A stretch of 62,494 nt of DNA, the filler included, from Pirum gemmata (lineage: Eukaryota), in assembly GCA_002812295.1 (NCBI GenBank). It is 12 parts of 12 records of this genome, joined end to end, with 100 filler letters (N's around TTAATTAATTAA, not from the genome) between each part and the next. Parts side by side here need not be neighbours in the genome. Positions count along the whole stretch, not along the records: positions 35,118 to 41,947 come from PDIN01000804.1; positions 42,048 to 46,927 come from PDIN01000805.1; positions 47,028 to 51,955 come from PDIN01000806.1; 9 more parts are not named here. One strand, written 5' to 3'. Positions 35,296-47,988 of the stretch are shown here, one piece after another. The number at the start of each line of letters is the position of its first letter. Position 1 is the stretch's first letter. The notes below the pieces were generated by a model. It was not told where the DNA came from and did not search any database. It saw only the letters and a program-made list of their open reading frames with translations. Both the position numbers and the translations under genes were made by a program.

Positions 35296-37071
35296 ATGAA
35301 TACTTTATCACTAGTATTAGTCATAGCAATCCTTGCTTTCATAAATCAAGTAACTGGATTTTCTACTATCCGAGCTGCCCCCCAACAATGCCCTGCTTGC
35401 GCCCCAGCAAGTAACTGTCTCAATGAAGCCGATGAATGTCATAACTCTGGCGAGAGAAAGTGCAATGCTTGTGAAGATGGTTTTACCCTGGTTGACCAGC
35501 AATGTGTTCGTTGTCCAGATGGTCAATACGCCCATGATAACGTGTGTAAACCATGTAAACCTGGTCATGTTTGTGTTAATGGTGTACAATGTTGTTGGGA
35601 AGCTTCTGTAACAGGTAACCCTCTTACCCCTGGATTTTCTGTAAATGATCGATGTTTTCAATGCACCAATGGACACCAATGTAAGGATGGAGTAAAAACT
35701 AAATGTACACCTGCTGTTAATTGCGAGCAACCGATCACATCCCCAAATACGTGCACAGCTTCTGGTTCTTTGTCTTGTGCTAAATGTGAACCTGGCTTCA
35801 CTTTAATTAACGGTTCCTGTCAACGTTGTCCTGATGGTCAATATGCTCACAATAACGTATGCCAAGCATGTAAACCTGGTCACGTATGTGTGAAAGGAGT
35901 CCAATGTTGTTGGGAAGAATCTGTGACCGGTAACCCTAACTCTCCAGGATATTCTATTAATGACCGTTGTTTTCACTGCCCTGCTAACCACGTATGCAAA
36001 GATGGCGTGAAAACACCATGTAATGCTCCTGTACATTGTGAAATCCCAGCAGATCAATGTTTACCTCTTATTGGTTTAACTTGTGAAAAATGTAAAGATG
36101 GATATCACAATGTTAATGGTGAGTGCCAAGTATGTCCAGTAGGTTTCCTTTGCCCCGGTGGTGAAAAAACTCCTTGTGCCCAAAGTGCCCATTGTAAGAC
36201 TCCTGTTCTGTCTTGTGGCAATACCTGTGATGTTACAGGTGTTATCCCTTGTGCAGAGTGTGAAAATAACTTTGCCCTAGTTAACGGCAAGTGTGAGCCA
36301 ATTATTGAATGTCAAATGGAACAATGGTCTGCCTGGTCTGTTTGCACTTTATCCGATAGTAATTCTGATTGTGGTAAAGGTAAGCAAACAAGACAAAGAA
36401 ATATACTTGAAAAAGGTCAACATTCTAATAACAAATGCCCTGCCAGCGAAGAAGAGCAAGAATGTGATGTTGAATGTATACCATGCACAGCTAGCGAATG
36501 GGGGGAATGGGGAAGCTGTAATGTTGCTTCCGGTAAATGTGGCACAGGAGAACAATTACGTACACGTGTTATTAATGCTGGATCAAAAACAAGCGTTTGC
36601 CCTGAAAATGTTAGTATATCGCCATGTCATGTGGAATGCCCCCCTGAACCTTGTGTTGCTGGGTCTTGGAGTCAATGGTCTACTTGCGCTTTAGCATCTG
36701 GAACATGTGGTCAAGGAGAGAAATTGAGAAGTCGAACAATTACCCCAGGGACAGCTGGTAGTCAGTGCCCTGCAGGTGATGAGATTACCGAATGTTCTAT
36801 TCCTTGCCCTGAACCTGAAGTTGTCGATCCCGAACCACCAGTATACAGTGAAGATGATAATGTAAACGTAGGAGTTATCGCAGGAGCTTCAGCTGGTGCA
36901 GCGGCACTACTGATAGGAGCTGCAGCAGCTGGCGCTTACTATTGGAAACAATCAGCTGGTAATAAAGAAGTAGACACAGCCTTTAATGAACTTTTTAATG
37001 GAGGGGACCAAAATCCCTTGTTTGAAAATGAATTAAACGAACAATCTAATCGTTTGACTTTAACTGTCTAA
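35296..37071 (+). CDS. Type I membrane protein: signal peptide, Cys-rich repeats, three TSP1 repeats, TM helix, NPxF cytoplasmic tail
   Basis: Signal MNTLSLVLVIAILAF; duplicated Cys-rich block; WSAWSVC..CGKGKQTRQR, WGEWGSC..RTR, WSQWSTC..RSR; TM VGVIAGASAGAAALLIGAAAAGAYYW; tail ..GGDQNPLFE... Confidence 0.93.
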   Translation: MNTLSLVLVIAILAFINQVTGFSTIRAAPQQCPACAPASNCLNEADECHNSGERKCNACEDGFTLVDQQCVRCPDGQYAHDNVCKPCKPGHVCVNGVQCCWEASVTGNPLTPGFSVNDRCFQCTNGHQCKDGVKTKCTPAVNCEQPITSPNTCTASGSLSCAKCEPGFTLINGSCQRCPDGQYAHNNVCQACKPGHVCVKGVQCCWEESVTGNPNSPGYSINDRCFHCPANHVCKDGVKTPCNAPVHCEIPADQCLPLIGLTCEKCKDGYHNVNGECQVCPVGFLCPGGEKTPCAQSAHCKTPVLSCGNTCDVTGVIPCAECENNFALVNGKCEPIIECQMEQWSAWSVCTLSDSNSDCGKGKQTRQRNILEKGQHSNNKCPASEEEQECDVECIPCTASEWGEWGSCNVASGKCGTGEQLRTRVINAGSKTSVCPENVSISPCHVECPPEPCVAGSWSQWSTCALASGTCGQGEKLRSRTITPGTAGSQCPAGDEITECSIPCPEPEVVDPEPPVYSEDDNVNVGVIAGASAGAAALLIGAAAAGAYYWKQSAGNKEVDTAFNELFNGGDQNPLFENELNEQSNRLTLTV

Positions 37072-38472
37072 AAAAATATATTATTATTTATATATAAATA
37101 TTTTTATTTATATTATTTAATATTTAGACTAGTATTAATATTATATATTATAATTAATTTTAGTTACATTGTATGTACAAAAAACCAATCTTCCAATAAA
37201 TATAATTATGTAATATCATTAATTATAGCTAGTAAGTTTTATTTTTATTTTATTTTATTTTTTCAATGACAATTAATGTAGTGTTATAAAAAATTATAGC
37301 TAGTAAATGGAATTGCAACGGTAACCCAAATCCTCAGTACCCGCTGGGAAGAGGTGACAATAGAAACATATACTATTATAAGGTTTTATCTGTCTATATG
37401 CTAAATATTATATTAAGTGGTTTATGTATGACCCTGAAGCTGAACACGATCGAAAACCCAAAGATAAAAAGGGAAACGAAATTAAGGATCCTATTTGTAA
37501 AGTTCATATGGTCATGCTTGAGAAATTAAGAAACAATAATACTTATAATGTTACCGATTATAATAACCTTGACACAGATATTTAGAGAAAAAATTGGAAA
37601 ATAGTTGTCCCTCTCACCCGTAGGTTAAAGGAATCAGTGTTTGGCGTTTTAGAATAATATATTAATAATAATACTATAATAATACTACTATAATAGTTTT
37701 ATGAAGTTTTTATATATTACAAGTTCTATTGTCAGTATAAATAAAAAAGCTATATATTATCATGATTTATAAAAAAAACACTTTTTTTTTACATTCAGTG
37801 TAATATCACGTGATTTATATAATATCACATTTTTGCCATACGTCCTTTTTATGGATGACTATGATAGTACAGGTATGATGCCGGGAGTATGCCAGTCATA
37901 GCTACATATTTCTTTACCACATTTGGTAAACTATTTGGTAGCTATTATTTATTATAATAATATCATAATATACTCATAATATCATAAATTCATAATATGA
38001 TTATGATAATAATAGTATATTAATAATAATTATCAATATAATAAAAACCATAATCGGATATTATTGTAGTTTAAATTGTTAATATTGTACTATGGAAGGA
38101 TGACTCTGAAATTTTCATTTTCCGCTGCGAGTCTGCGGCTGCGGCTTACTATTTATAGTAAAAAATAAATTATTTAAAGTAGCTTAAGTTACTATACTAA
38201 GACTGTTTCAAAAAAGGCAAATTATTTTAATATTTATGGTTTACAATTTACTTAATTGGGAAGCCAGAAATGGCTACGGGTTGCGAAATTAGTGCCAATT
38301 TAAAGTGTTATTTACTTATAGGACTATAGGTTTTATGTAATAATAATAGTATTAATAACATATATAAATATCGATACTGTTGTAGAAACGTTGTTATTAA
38401 TTTATAACGAATAATAATATCAATGTTATAATAACGTAACATTATTATATATAATAGCTTGCAATTGTTAAT

Positions 38473-38587
<115 letters not shown>

Positions 38588-39926
38588 GTGAATATATCTC
38601 TACTCTACTCAGCATGATAGTACTAGTGGAGCGTTATATAGTAAAAATAAATAATATTAAAATATCGTATTTTTCAATAGTGTTTTAACGTTGTTCACTT
38701 CAAAACCTGAAATTAAATAAATGCACCAAACTACTCCAAACTACTATTATAGTTAAATTATCAGACTTGTTTTAATTAATTTTATACTTAATGCTGTATT
38801 TTATAAACAAGTTCAATTATAAACTTAATTAAACAGTATTATCAAATTAAAGATTGAGAGGTCAATGTCATGCACAACTGTAATGAAATAGACGTTATAT
38901 AAACTTATATAACTCTTATATAGTAGGGGTGAGATGACGCCATTTTATTATTACCGAACAGCTGCCAGAACTTTTCCGATTTATGGTTTTTATTACTATT
39001 AATGTTAATATTATTACTTTAATTGGTATCTACTATAATTAGATTTACATGCATTGCAAACACGTTGAAAAAGTTAGCCACTTTTATTAAAAATATACCN
39101 TTTTTGTTTTTGTTATTCTTTTTTTTGTGATTTTGTTTTTTTTTTTTTTTTTTTTTTTGTTTTTCAAGTTTATCATACTATAGATAGCAAGAGTCTCTCT
39201 CTAGTAGCTACTAGCGCTCTAGTAGCTGCATCAGAGTGGATAAGCTTGTTTTTGTATACAAGCTAGTTTGTTTGTGTAGTTTTACAATCACCTTTCTAAC
39301 CTTTCTGGCGCTGGGAAGAAAGGTAGTCGTTCTAACTAAAGGTGGCCGTTCAGACTGTTGCCCGTGTGGGTCTTTGATTTTTGCTGTTGATTTTTGGTTG
39401 GATTTTTGACATTTTTTTGAACAGGATAAATCTATGATAAATGTACTGGTTGATAAATAAATTCGAAATTTCAAACTATCTGATCAAATGAAATGTTTGT
39501 CTAATCAAATGAAATTTTTATAAATTATGATTGGCGATTTCGTAATTTTTGTTGTTTTGTAAACACTAAAGCACTAAATCCAGACTCCAGACTCGAGAGT
39601 GTATGTATGATGTATGAGAGAGTGTATATATGTAGTAACGAAAATAGTTGAACCAATAGTCACTCAAGTATACTAATAAAGTAACCAACTCTGAAATAAA
39701 TCGTCACTCAAAATCTGACTACTGGCTCCAAAAAAGTTAAAAGTCTCATTCATTCGTTTATTCATAAGGAAAATAAAATAAGTAAAAATAATTTTTTTAT
39801 ATATCATAGATTATATTGTAGAATGTATAGTTTTTTTTTTATCAAGAAAAAAATCATCAGGGACAAGATTCTGAAGAAAATCACTTTATTTTTTTTAAAA
39901 AAAAGTGATGATGTTCAGATAATGAA

Positions 39927-40025
39927 AGGGTTAGGGTTAGGGTTAGGGTTAGGGTTAGGGTTAGGGTTAGGGTTAGGGTTAGGGTTAGGGTTAGGGTTAG
40001 GGTTAGGGTTAGGGTTAGGGTTAGG
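39927..40025 (+). repeat. (TTAGGG)n telomeric repeat
   Basis: About 16 perfect units. Confidence 0.97.
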
Positions 40026-40094
40026 CCCGAATTGAAGGTGAATCGAGCAGAAAATCTGAAATGTTATATATATGGCTTACAGAATACAGAGTAG

Positions 40095-40219
40095 GGGAGT
40101 GTTGAAATAATATGTCACGTCAAGGGGTAGGTAGGTAGGTGGTCTTTGACCGGAAATTAACGTCGAGGGGTAGGTAGGTAGGGTATTTGAAGCGGTGTTT
40201 GACTGGGGATACGTCTCCC
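40095..40219. mobile_element. MITE family B, short subfamily with TAG TSD
   Basis: TAG|GGGAG...CTCCC|TAG with internal GGTA repeats; related to about 30852-30990, 33408-33503, 34585-34665 and 59035-59170. Confidence 0.75.
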
Positions 40220-40686
40220 TAGCTAACGAATCAAACTCGAATAAAAAATTATTGTTACATTATGATACAAGTATTTTAAAAAACAACCTACTTTTTTTTA
40301 CTAATTAAAAAAGTCTCACTTTTTTTTTTTTATGTTTGATAATTTCAAACCTATTAAATATCTAATAAACTTCTTATGATTGAAAACTAAAAATTCGAGT
40401 AAAGCACAAAAGTTGCACGTTTTTAAATGGTTTGTACCGATAAGAGAATATTATTTATTTGGATGGTTATAATTTTTTTAACTGACATTTTTAAATGAAT
40501 TAATATATAATAAAATATACCAAATTAAATGAAATGGATTTATATTGTATTAATTTGGTACTATTTAATATATATATTATGATGACAAAATAACTGAAAA
40601 GAATGATATTATATATTAATTGTAAAAAGAAATAAAGGAAATGGCAATAGAGATAATACAGCAAGCAAACACACACACACACACAG

Positions 40687-40717
<31 letters not shown>

Positions 40718-40838
40718 TTTATTAGAAGTATTTGGTGTATTAGAAATAAATTTTTATATGACCCTTTACTTTCAGTTAATTCTGGAATTATTGGTGGGTG
40801 AGAATCGATAGTAGATTTGGCATTCAGTTAATGGGGAA

Positions 40839-40884
<46 letters not shown>

Positions 40885-41240
40885 GTACAATATAATAAAA
40901 ATTACATAAATTAAAAAATAATATCTTCGAATTCATATTATACTAATATTATTAATTAATATATAATATCAATAACTTGTATTTATCATGTGAACCCAAG
41001 GGTGGTGACCCGGGTACCTAGACTTCCTTTAAACCTCCATTGTTAATGTTACAATGAAGACGATTACTAAATAAGACAACTATATAGTACATGACGTATT
41101 AATACTTATACTAATTATCATTTTCATACCAACAACAAAAATGGAGATGCGAGTGTTTAAAAGAAAGTCTAGAAACCGAGGTAAGGGGCGATATATTTAT
41201 TATTATAAGAGTATTTATATTTTTAATAAATTTAAATTAC

Positions 41241-41460
41241 CTGGGGTACCATGCAGAACTTTGCCAAAGGCAATATCGAAAGCCTTACGGTACATATCAA
41301 CCCATCCTGGATTTTCTTGGAAAAAGGGTTGAGGGATATTGTTTTTGTCAGGGTTGTACCCCAGGGTTGACGAAGGGCTTGTTGTAGAAGTTGTTGTTGT
41401 TTTGCATCCTAAAACAGTAGTAGTAAAGAATAACAAAGGAAATAAGTTTGAATACATCAT
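41241..41460 (-). CDS. First exon of a secreted protein, possibly a GH63/trehalase-like glycoside hydrolase
   Basis: Signal-like N-terminus, Thr/Ser linker, IPQPFFQENPGWVDMYRKAFDIAF, then a GT donor at 41240. Downstream exons were not identified. Confidence 0.45.
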
Positions 41461-42130
41461 TGTTGTAAACTAGTACAGACACTAGTTCTGCTTGGAGTAT
41501 GCTTATGGTGGTGGTGTGTGGTGGTGGGGGTGCTTGTACTATATATGATTGTTGTTGTTGTTGTTGTTGTTGTGGTGGTGGTGGTGGTGGTGGTGGCGGT
41601 GGTAATGTTTGTAGTGGTTGTGGTTGTAGTGGTTGTGGTTGTGGTTGTGGTGGTTATGATTATGGTTGTGGTTGTGGTTGTGGTTGCGTTGGGTTTGTGG
41701 TTGTGTGTGGTTTGTTGTTTTTATAGTTCTTTGTTGTATTTATGTTTTAACGTTGTTGTGGTTATTATGATTTTAATTATCTGTTTTTTTGAAAATTTGG
41801 TTTTTTTCTCTTGTTTTCTGTTACACACACACACTCACATTATATATATATGACTATTAGATTAATTTTTGATTATTATTATTTAATATTATTATTATTA
41901 TTATATTATTATTTTATTATTTTTTACTTTTTTTTTTTTTCTTTTTTNNNNNNNNNNNNNNNNNNNNNNNNNNNNNNNNNNNNNNNNNNNNTTAATTAAT
42001 TAANNNNNNNNNNNNNNNNNNNNNNNNNNNNNNNNNNNNNNNNNNNNTTGTTGCTGTTGTTGTTGTTGTTGCTGTTGTTGTTGTTGTTGTTATTGTTGTT
42101 ACCGTTGTTTATTTCAATACAATGTAAATA

Positions 42131-42950
42131 TGAAGGCATTGGATTTTCTAGGTGTCTGGAAGAAGCTGCCATGCAACACATGCAACTTGCTCAGCAAAGT
42201 CATCCACATTCCCAGCTGCAATTCGGTCTTATGTGTATACGGGGTGAGGGATTGAAACAAAATTCCGACATGGCTTTGAGCGTTTTACAAACTGCCGCTA
42301 CTAATGGAATGTCTTTTGCCAATACGCTTATAGTATGTTATTTTTGTTTGCCTTGCCGCATATAATTGCTGGTTTGCTTATTACCTATTATGTTCTCTCC
42401 TTTTTCTTCTTTTGTCTGTGTGTGTGTGTGTTTATTTGTTTGTATGTGCTTGTATGTATGTATGTGAATGAATGTTTGCTTCTGTAATTTTTTTGTTTGG
42501 TGTTTGTGATTTGCTGCTTTCTGTTGTTGTTTTTGTTTGTTGCTGTTTTGTTTCTATATTAATTTCTATTAATATTCTTTGTTATAGGGGGAGATGTACG
42601 TAAAGGGAACGGGTTCAATTGATGTAAATGTCACGAAAGGCGTAGAATATTTTGAAAAAGCTGAAAAAGCTGGTGATATGAGCGGTGTGCATAACTTGGG
42701 TTTACTTTATTACAACGGCGAAATGGTAACTAAGAATGAAGAAAAGGCTTTAGCCTATTTCCGAAAAGCGGCAGAGTCTGGCAATATAATGTCGATGGGC
42801 ATGCTAGCAACAATACATCGTGAAGATAAAAGATTTCTTGACTTTAGGGAAGTTGGCATTTGGATGAAAAAAATTGCAGAGATAGAAAAAAAGGGCAAGC
42901 GTAGTATTTCCAAAAGCGATCAACACTCAACTTCGACATTAAATTTGTAA
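42131..42950 (+). CDS. Sel1-repeat protein, 3' part (exons ~42131-42332 and 42588-42950)
   Basis: SQLQFGLMCIRGEG, GEMYVKGTG, VHNLGLLYYNGEMV..KALAYFRKAAESG. GTATGT..TAG intron 42333-42587 keeps the frame. The 5' boundary is uncertain. Confidence 0.88.
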
Positions 42951-45071
42951 ACTATTATATAACAAGTATCAATTACCATGCATCTTTGAATCTTACTAAT
43001 CTTTTTCATTAAAATATCAACTGGAAAATCCCAGGGCAAATTAATCAAGGTGGACTTAAAAACATTGCAAACCGCTCATGCTTTCTATCTTGTGTTCCTG
43101 AAAGGCAATGATAAGAAAAGAATATATAACTGCATCCACGGTAATCCTAACATATTAGTAATATGAAAACAAAGGGATTTTTCGGTATCCGATTTACTTT
43201 TTATTTTCTTTATTTACTTTTTTATTTTTGTTTAAATTGACAATCTATCTTGTACACCAATTAGGGTATACCAAAAGCATTTATAAGAACCAAGTCACCA
43301 ACATTTAATCTTAAACACCAAAAATGGTCATATTCCACAACACTTCCACAAACACTTGGCAACTCGGTGAAGCAAACTTTCAAATGCTCGAGGTTTTTAA
43401 AAACTACTATGACAACAAAAATACAAAAAACAATATGTTTTTTCAAGCACATAATGTGTGAACTTAAAGGTTCAGCATGTAACCAACAACTACAAGAATA
43501 GCTAATTGGCTACATGTAATTAATTAACATATATTGTCTAAATAAAAAGATTTAGAAAAAAAATAAAAAACTGTCCCCTTAGAAACTGCCAACCTCTAAA
43601 AACTGTCCTAGCTTTCCGGATATATTTTTACTCTATTATGATATTATACTGTTATTATCTGCTTGTGCTAAAAACTCAATATTAATTAATGCTAAACACT
43701 GCCATAATCTGGTGGTCGAAATTTCTGACCATTGCTTTATAGAATATATGCACCGATTGAAACTCAGATTGAAACCCTTGCATTTCGTATCTGCAAGAAG
43801 TAGAAATGTGGTTCTACCAAATAATATTAATGTAGGTATTATATATTATGTGTACTACATATAAAAATAGGGTTATATCTGGACTGAATATTTAGTTGAA
43901 AAGGTGTCTATATGTGATATATATATAAATTTATATTAATATATTATATATAATTGTCTGCTAGAATTGTGGTGGGAGATTTTCTTTGTTTTTGAAAATT
44001 TGGCCTTCAAATCTTTTTGTATTTTGCGTGTATGTAGGGACTGTATCTTGAATTACTGTAGACGGGGGGGGTCTATTAATATGATTATTATCTTTTGTTT
44101 GGGTAAGGTAGTGGGCGATAAGATGCTTTGGTGGTATTTGTAAGTTCGTACAGGGTTTCGTTGGAGGGTCAATGGAGACTTTCTTTAATCTTGAATTGTT
44201 TGTGGCCAGTCGGTTAATGTCATTCTGCATTACTTCGAATTTGTTTTGAATAGGTTTACTCATCATGATTATTGGCAAGGTTGATTGGTCTGTGTTGGAG
44301 CGTAGTAAGGACTTGTGTGTGCTAACAAGAATTTTGGCATTTGCTCCCCTGTGTGTTTGGGTGATAGCGTATAAAAGTCGTTTTTTGTTGTTGAGTTTTG
44401 GAGAAGTTTCTCGTGTCGTTCAAAATTCCATTTTTTATTGAGGGTGATGGAAACAGTATACAGTATAGAAACTGTGATGGAGCTCGAGTCTTTTTTTAAA
44501 AGCTAGCTATCATAGCTATATTGATAGTACTGATACTAGCTAGAGCTATTGATAGAGGCTCTCTATCATATTATGATACCTCTCTAGCTAGCTAGGACTC
44601 TCGAGTCTCTACTGAGTCTACTACTAGCTAGCTAGCTACTACTATATAATTATTATACGATAAAATCCGATATTATGATATATTTAATACATTATTATGG
44701 TGAGTTATCATTATCATTTTGTTATTCTTTTATTCTTGTATGAATATTGCTACATATATTGTTATATAATAATTTTTATTATCCTATACATTAATATTAT
44801 TATTGTTATTGGTTCATTGACAATAACAATTATCCTATACATTAATATTATTATTGTTATTGGTTCATTGACAATAACAATTATTGTTGTGGGAGGATTA
44901 GGGTTAGGGGTTAGGTTAAAACAAAACAGTAAATTTAAACTTAATTCAAAAGAATGATTAATTAAGAGTGAATTTTTACAATATTTTAAATTTTTCCCCG
45001 GTAACTCCCCAGGAGTGGTCAAAGAAAACATTATAGTATCCTTATCATTATATGTATCAATATCATTTTCA

Positions 45072-45300
45072 TTATTTAGCTGATATACCCTGCATTAAAT
45101 CTTTTTTGCTGCTACTCCTACGATACAACAGAACAGCAACAATTACACCAATAACCAACGCAATGAATGTAACAACGCCTACAATAGTAGCTATAACAAT
45201 CGGAGTATTATTAATAACAGCATCAACAGCTATATTTGAATCATTCTGTGGTGGGAAACACATTTCAGAATTGATAGGATTTGTAGGATTATTGTAATAA
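45072..45300 (-). pseudogene. Transmembrane segment of a single-pass receptor (fragment)
   Basis: TPIVIATIVGVVTFIALVIGVIVAVLLYRR stop-transfer helix; flanking frames are broken. Confidence 0.5.
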
Positions 45301-47988
45301 GAACGGTTGTTTAATTGACAAGAATATTGAAAATTACTTAATTTACTTAATTCACCTAATTCACTTAATTAACTCCTTGATTGTCATATTACAACATACG
45401 AATGAATTATTTTCAATATTAACATATTGGTAATTTTGAAACATAATTATCGTATCAGACTCCAGTAAGGAAAGCTTATTATTATGAAGGGTTAGATTTT
45501 TCAGTTAGGTTAATGGTGTGTATGTACTTACGCTTATATCACTTATTAAGTTTTTACTTTTATTAAATCCAAATTTTGTAAAATTGAAAATTCATGAAAA
45601 GAATATTGATGTATGGTTTTGATTTTGTAATATGGTAAATCTAACGATGAACACACTATGAACACTGAGGTTTGAAATCATATTAATTAATAACCAGGTC
45701 CGACCTTATATTGTTGTAATTGATAAAAGTAATATTAATTAATTAATAGTATTAATATTTATTTAGTACATTATAATATGGATTCAGTTATTATATAATG
45801 TTGTGTTTGTTTTGTATTATTAATATGTTGTGTTTGTTTTGTATTATGTTGCAATTGTGTTTGTTTTGTATTATGTTGTATTGTGTTGTGTTGTATTGTA
45901 TTGTATTGTATTGTGTTGTGTTGTATTGTATTGTATTCATTAATTATTTTATCGATTAACATTAAATAGATAGGGCTCCAAAATTATTTCAAATCGGTGG
46001 ATATGATCATTATTCTAACGTTTTAATCAGGGCCATTATTGTATAATGGTAAATATGCATAATATATTATGATCACAGTCTATGATCATAATATCATACA
46101 AGTTGATACAACTATCGCTGTAGTACGATAAGCTAGAGGATCATACAAGACCGCAGAGAATGGCAATGTCACCCGACATGCATACCGGTATGTGCCTTTG
46201 TTTTTTTAAAACGCAAATAATCTTGCCAAATTTGGTACAAGTTTCGTCTTGTTTAGTCATCAAAAGATTTAAAAAAAAACTCCCCCTACGTTCTAGCCAG
46301 ACTATCATAGCTTTAGGAAACTGGAAACTCCCCCAAATAACACCCGATTACTACCCGATTCCAAATTTCAAAAATTTTGAATTTTTGACGAAAAAGTAAA
46401 ACCGTGAATATAGATCGGGCTTGAACAAGAGTGTTCGATTTATGCAAAAATAAAATGTAAAACTAGTCTAGCTAGCTAGCTAGTAGTGTTGCCCAGTTTA
46501 AAAACTGAAATAAAGGTATGGTTCAGCTATCAGACATGTTTTGAACTTTTGATTAATTTGGTATTTTATACATGTTCAAAGGAGGGAAGGTGATAACGTC
46601 ACTACCGATTGCGTAGCTACTAGCTAGGATTGCGTAGACTCTCGAAGTTCGAACAAGATTTTTTGCAAAAGTATTTATAAAAATGGCCATTGGCTCGTGG
46701 TATGTTGTAATATGGGATAATCTAAGTATAATCTAGGTGGGATAATTGACTGATAATATGATAATTGATATTATTTATCGATAGATTTATCATATCATAG
46801 TCTATTTATTTAGACTATATCGTGCTTTTCAGTTGTTTTGTCATCATAAAATATACAAAAAAGAGTACCAAATTAATACAATATGAATCCATTTCATTTA
46901 ATTTGGTATATTTTATTATCTATTTATNNNNNNNNNNNNNNNNNNNNNNNNNNNNNNNNNNNNNNNNNNNNTTAATTAATTAANNNNNNNNNNNNNNNNN
47001 NNNNNNNNNNNNNNNNNNNNNNNNNNNTTTTTTTGTGTGTGTTTTGTTGTTTTGCTGTTTTTGTGGTTTTTTGTGGCTTTTTGTGGTTTTTTGTGGTTTT
47101 TTTTGTAATTTTTGGTGGTTTTTCCTAATTTTTCTGGTTTTTTGTGATTTTTTGTGATATTTTGTGGTTTTTTGTGGTTTTTTTTATTTTTGTTGGTTTG
47201 CAGTTTGAGGAAGAAGATGACATACTAAGGGCTCCTGTGATTGACGTTCCTGTTTAACCCACCCCCTGTTAATGTATAATTTCCTTACTTTTAAGGTAAA
47301 TGATTATCCAGATTGGGTAACTTAGTTAATTTTAACGGGGTTTTATATTTATTACAATATAGACTGATAAAACAAAAACAAAATTAATTGCAAAAACAAA
47401 AAAAAGTATACATAAAAATATAAATGTAGTAAATTAACCGAAAAAAAAAAAGCTGGGTAAAACTGTAGAAATCATTTTTGTCTAGACTTCTTTTCTAAAA
47501 AACCTTCAATGCTAACTAGCCAAATTATTTTTAAAACTAGCCATTGGTTCATAATAGAGTTTTTTTAGACGATTTCTCAAGATTTGGTAGTATTTTTATT
47601 AAAATTGGATCATTTTGAGATTTTTTGGATTTTTTGAGTACATATGGCCGATGTCGCCATTTTTATTTGGCTTGAGAAAACATAATAAACTATATATATA
47701 CAAAAAAAATGGGCTTATAAAAATAATTTTATCAGTTTATAATTAGTTGACGGTTGACTCCGTTACGACTGTAGAAACATAGTCCAATAAGGGTAATAAC
47801 CAGGTGGCCATGATCAAAAATTCCATCGATATGATTGTCTATGTAATGTAAAGATATCAAATAGACCAAATTATAAGTATCGAAATATCGAACCATATAT
47901 ACATATAATAGGGCTAGGGTTAGGGTTGGGGTTGGAGTTGGGGTTGGGGTTAGGGTTAGAGTCGGATACTTTTTTGATATGAATTATT

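Noticed and set aside
43261..43500. Possible RING-CH fragment (CSC..SHIMCL)
   Set aside because: Too few ligands in a consistent frame to support a call.
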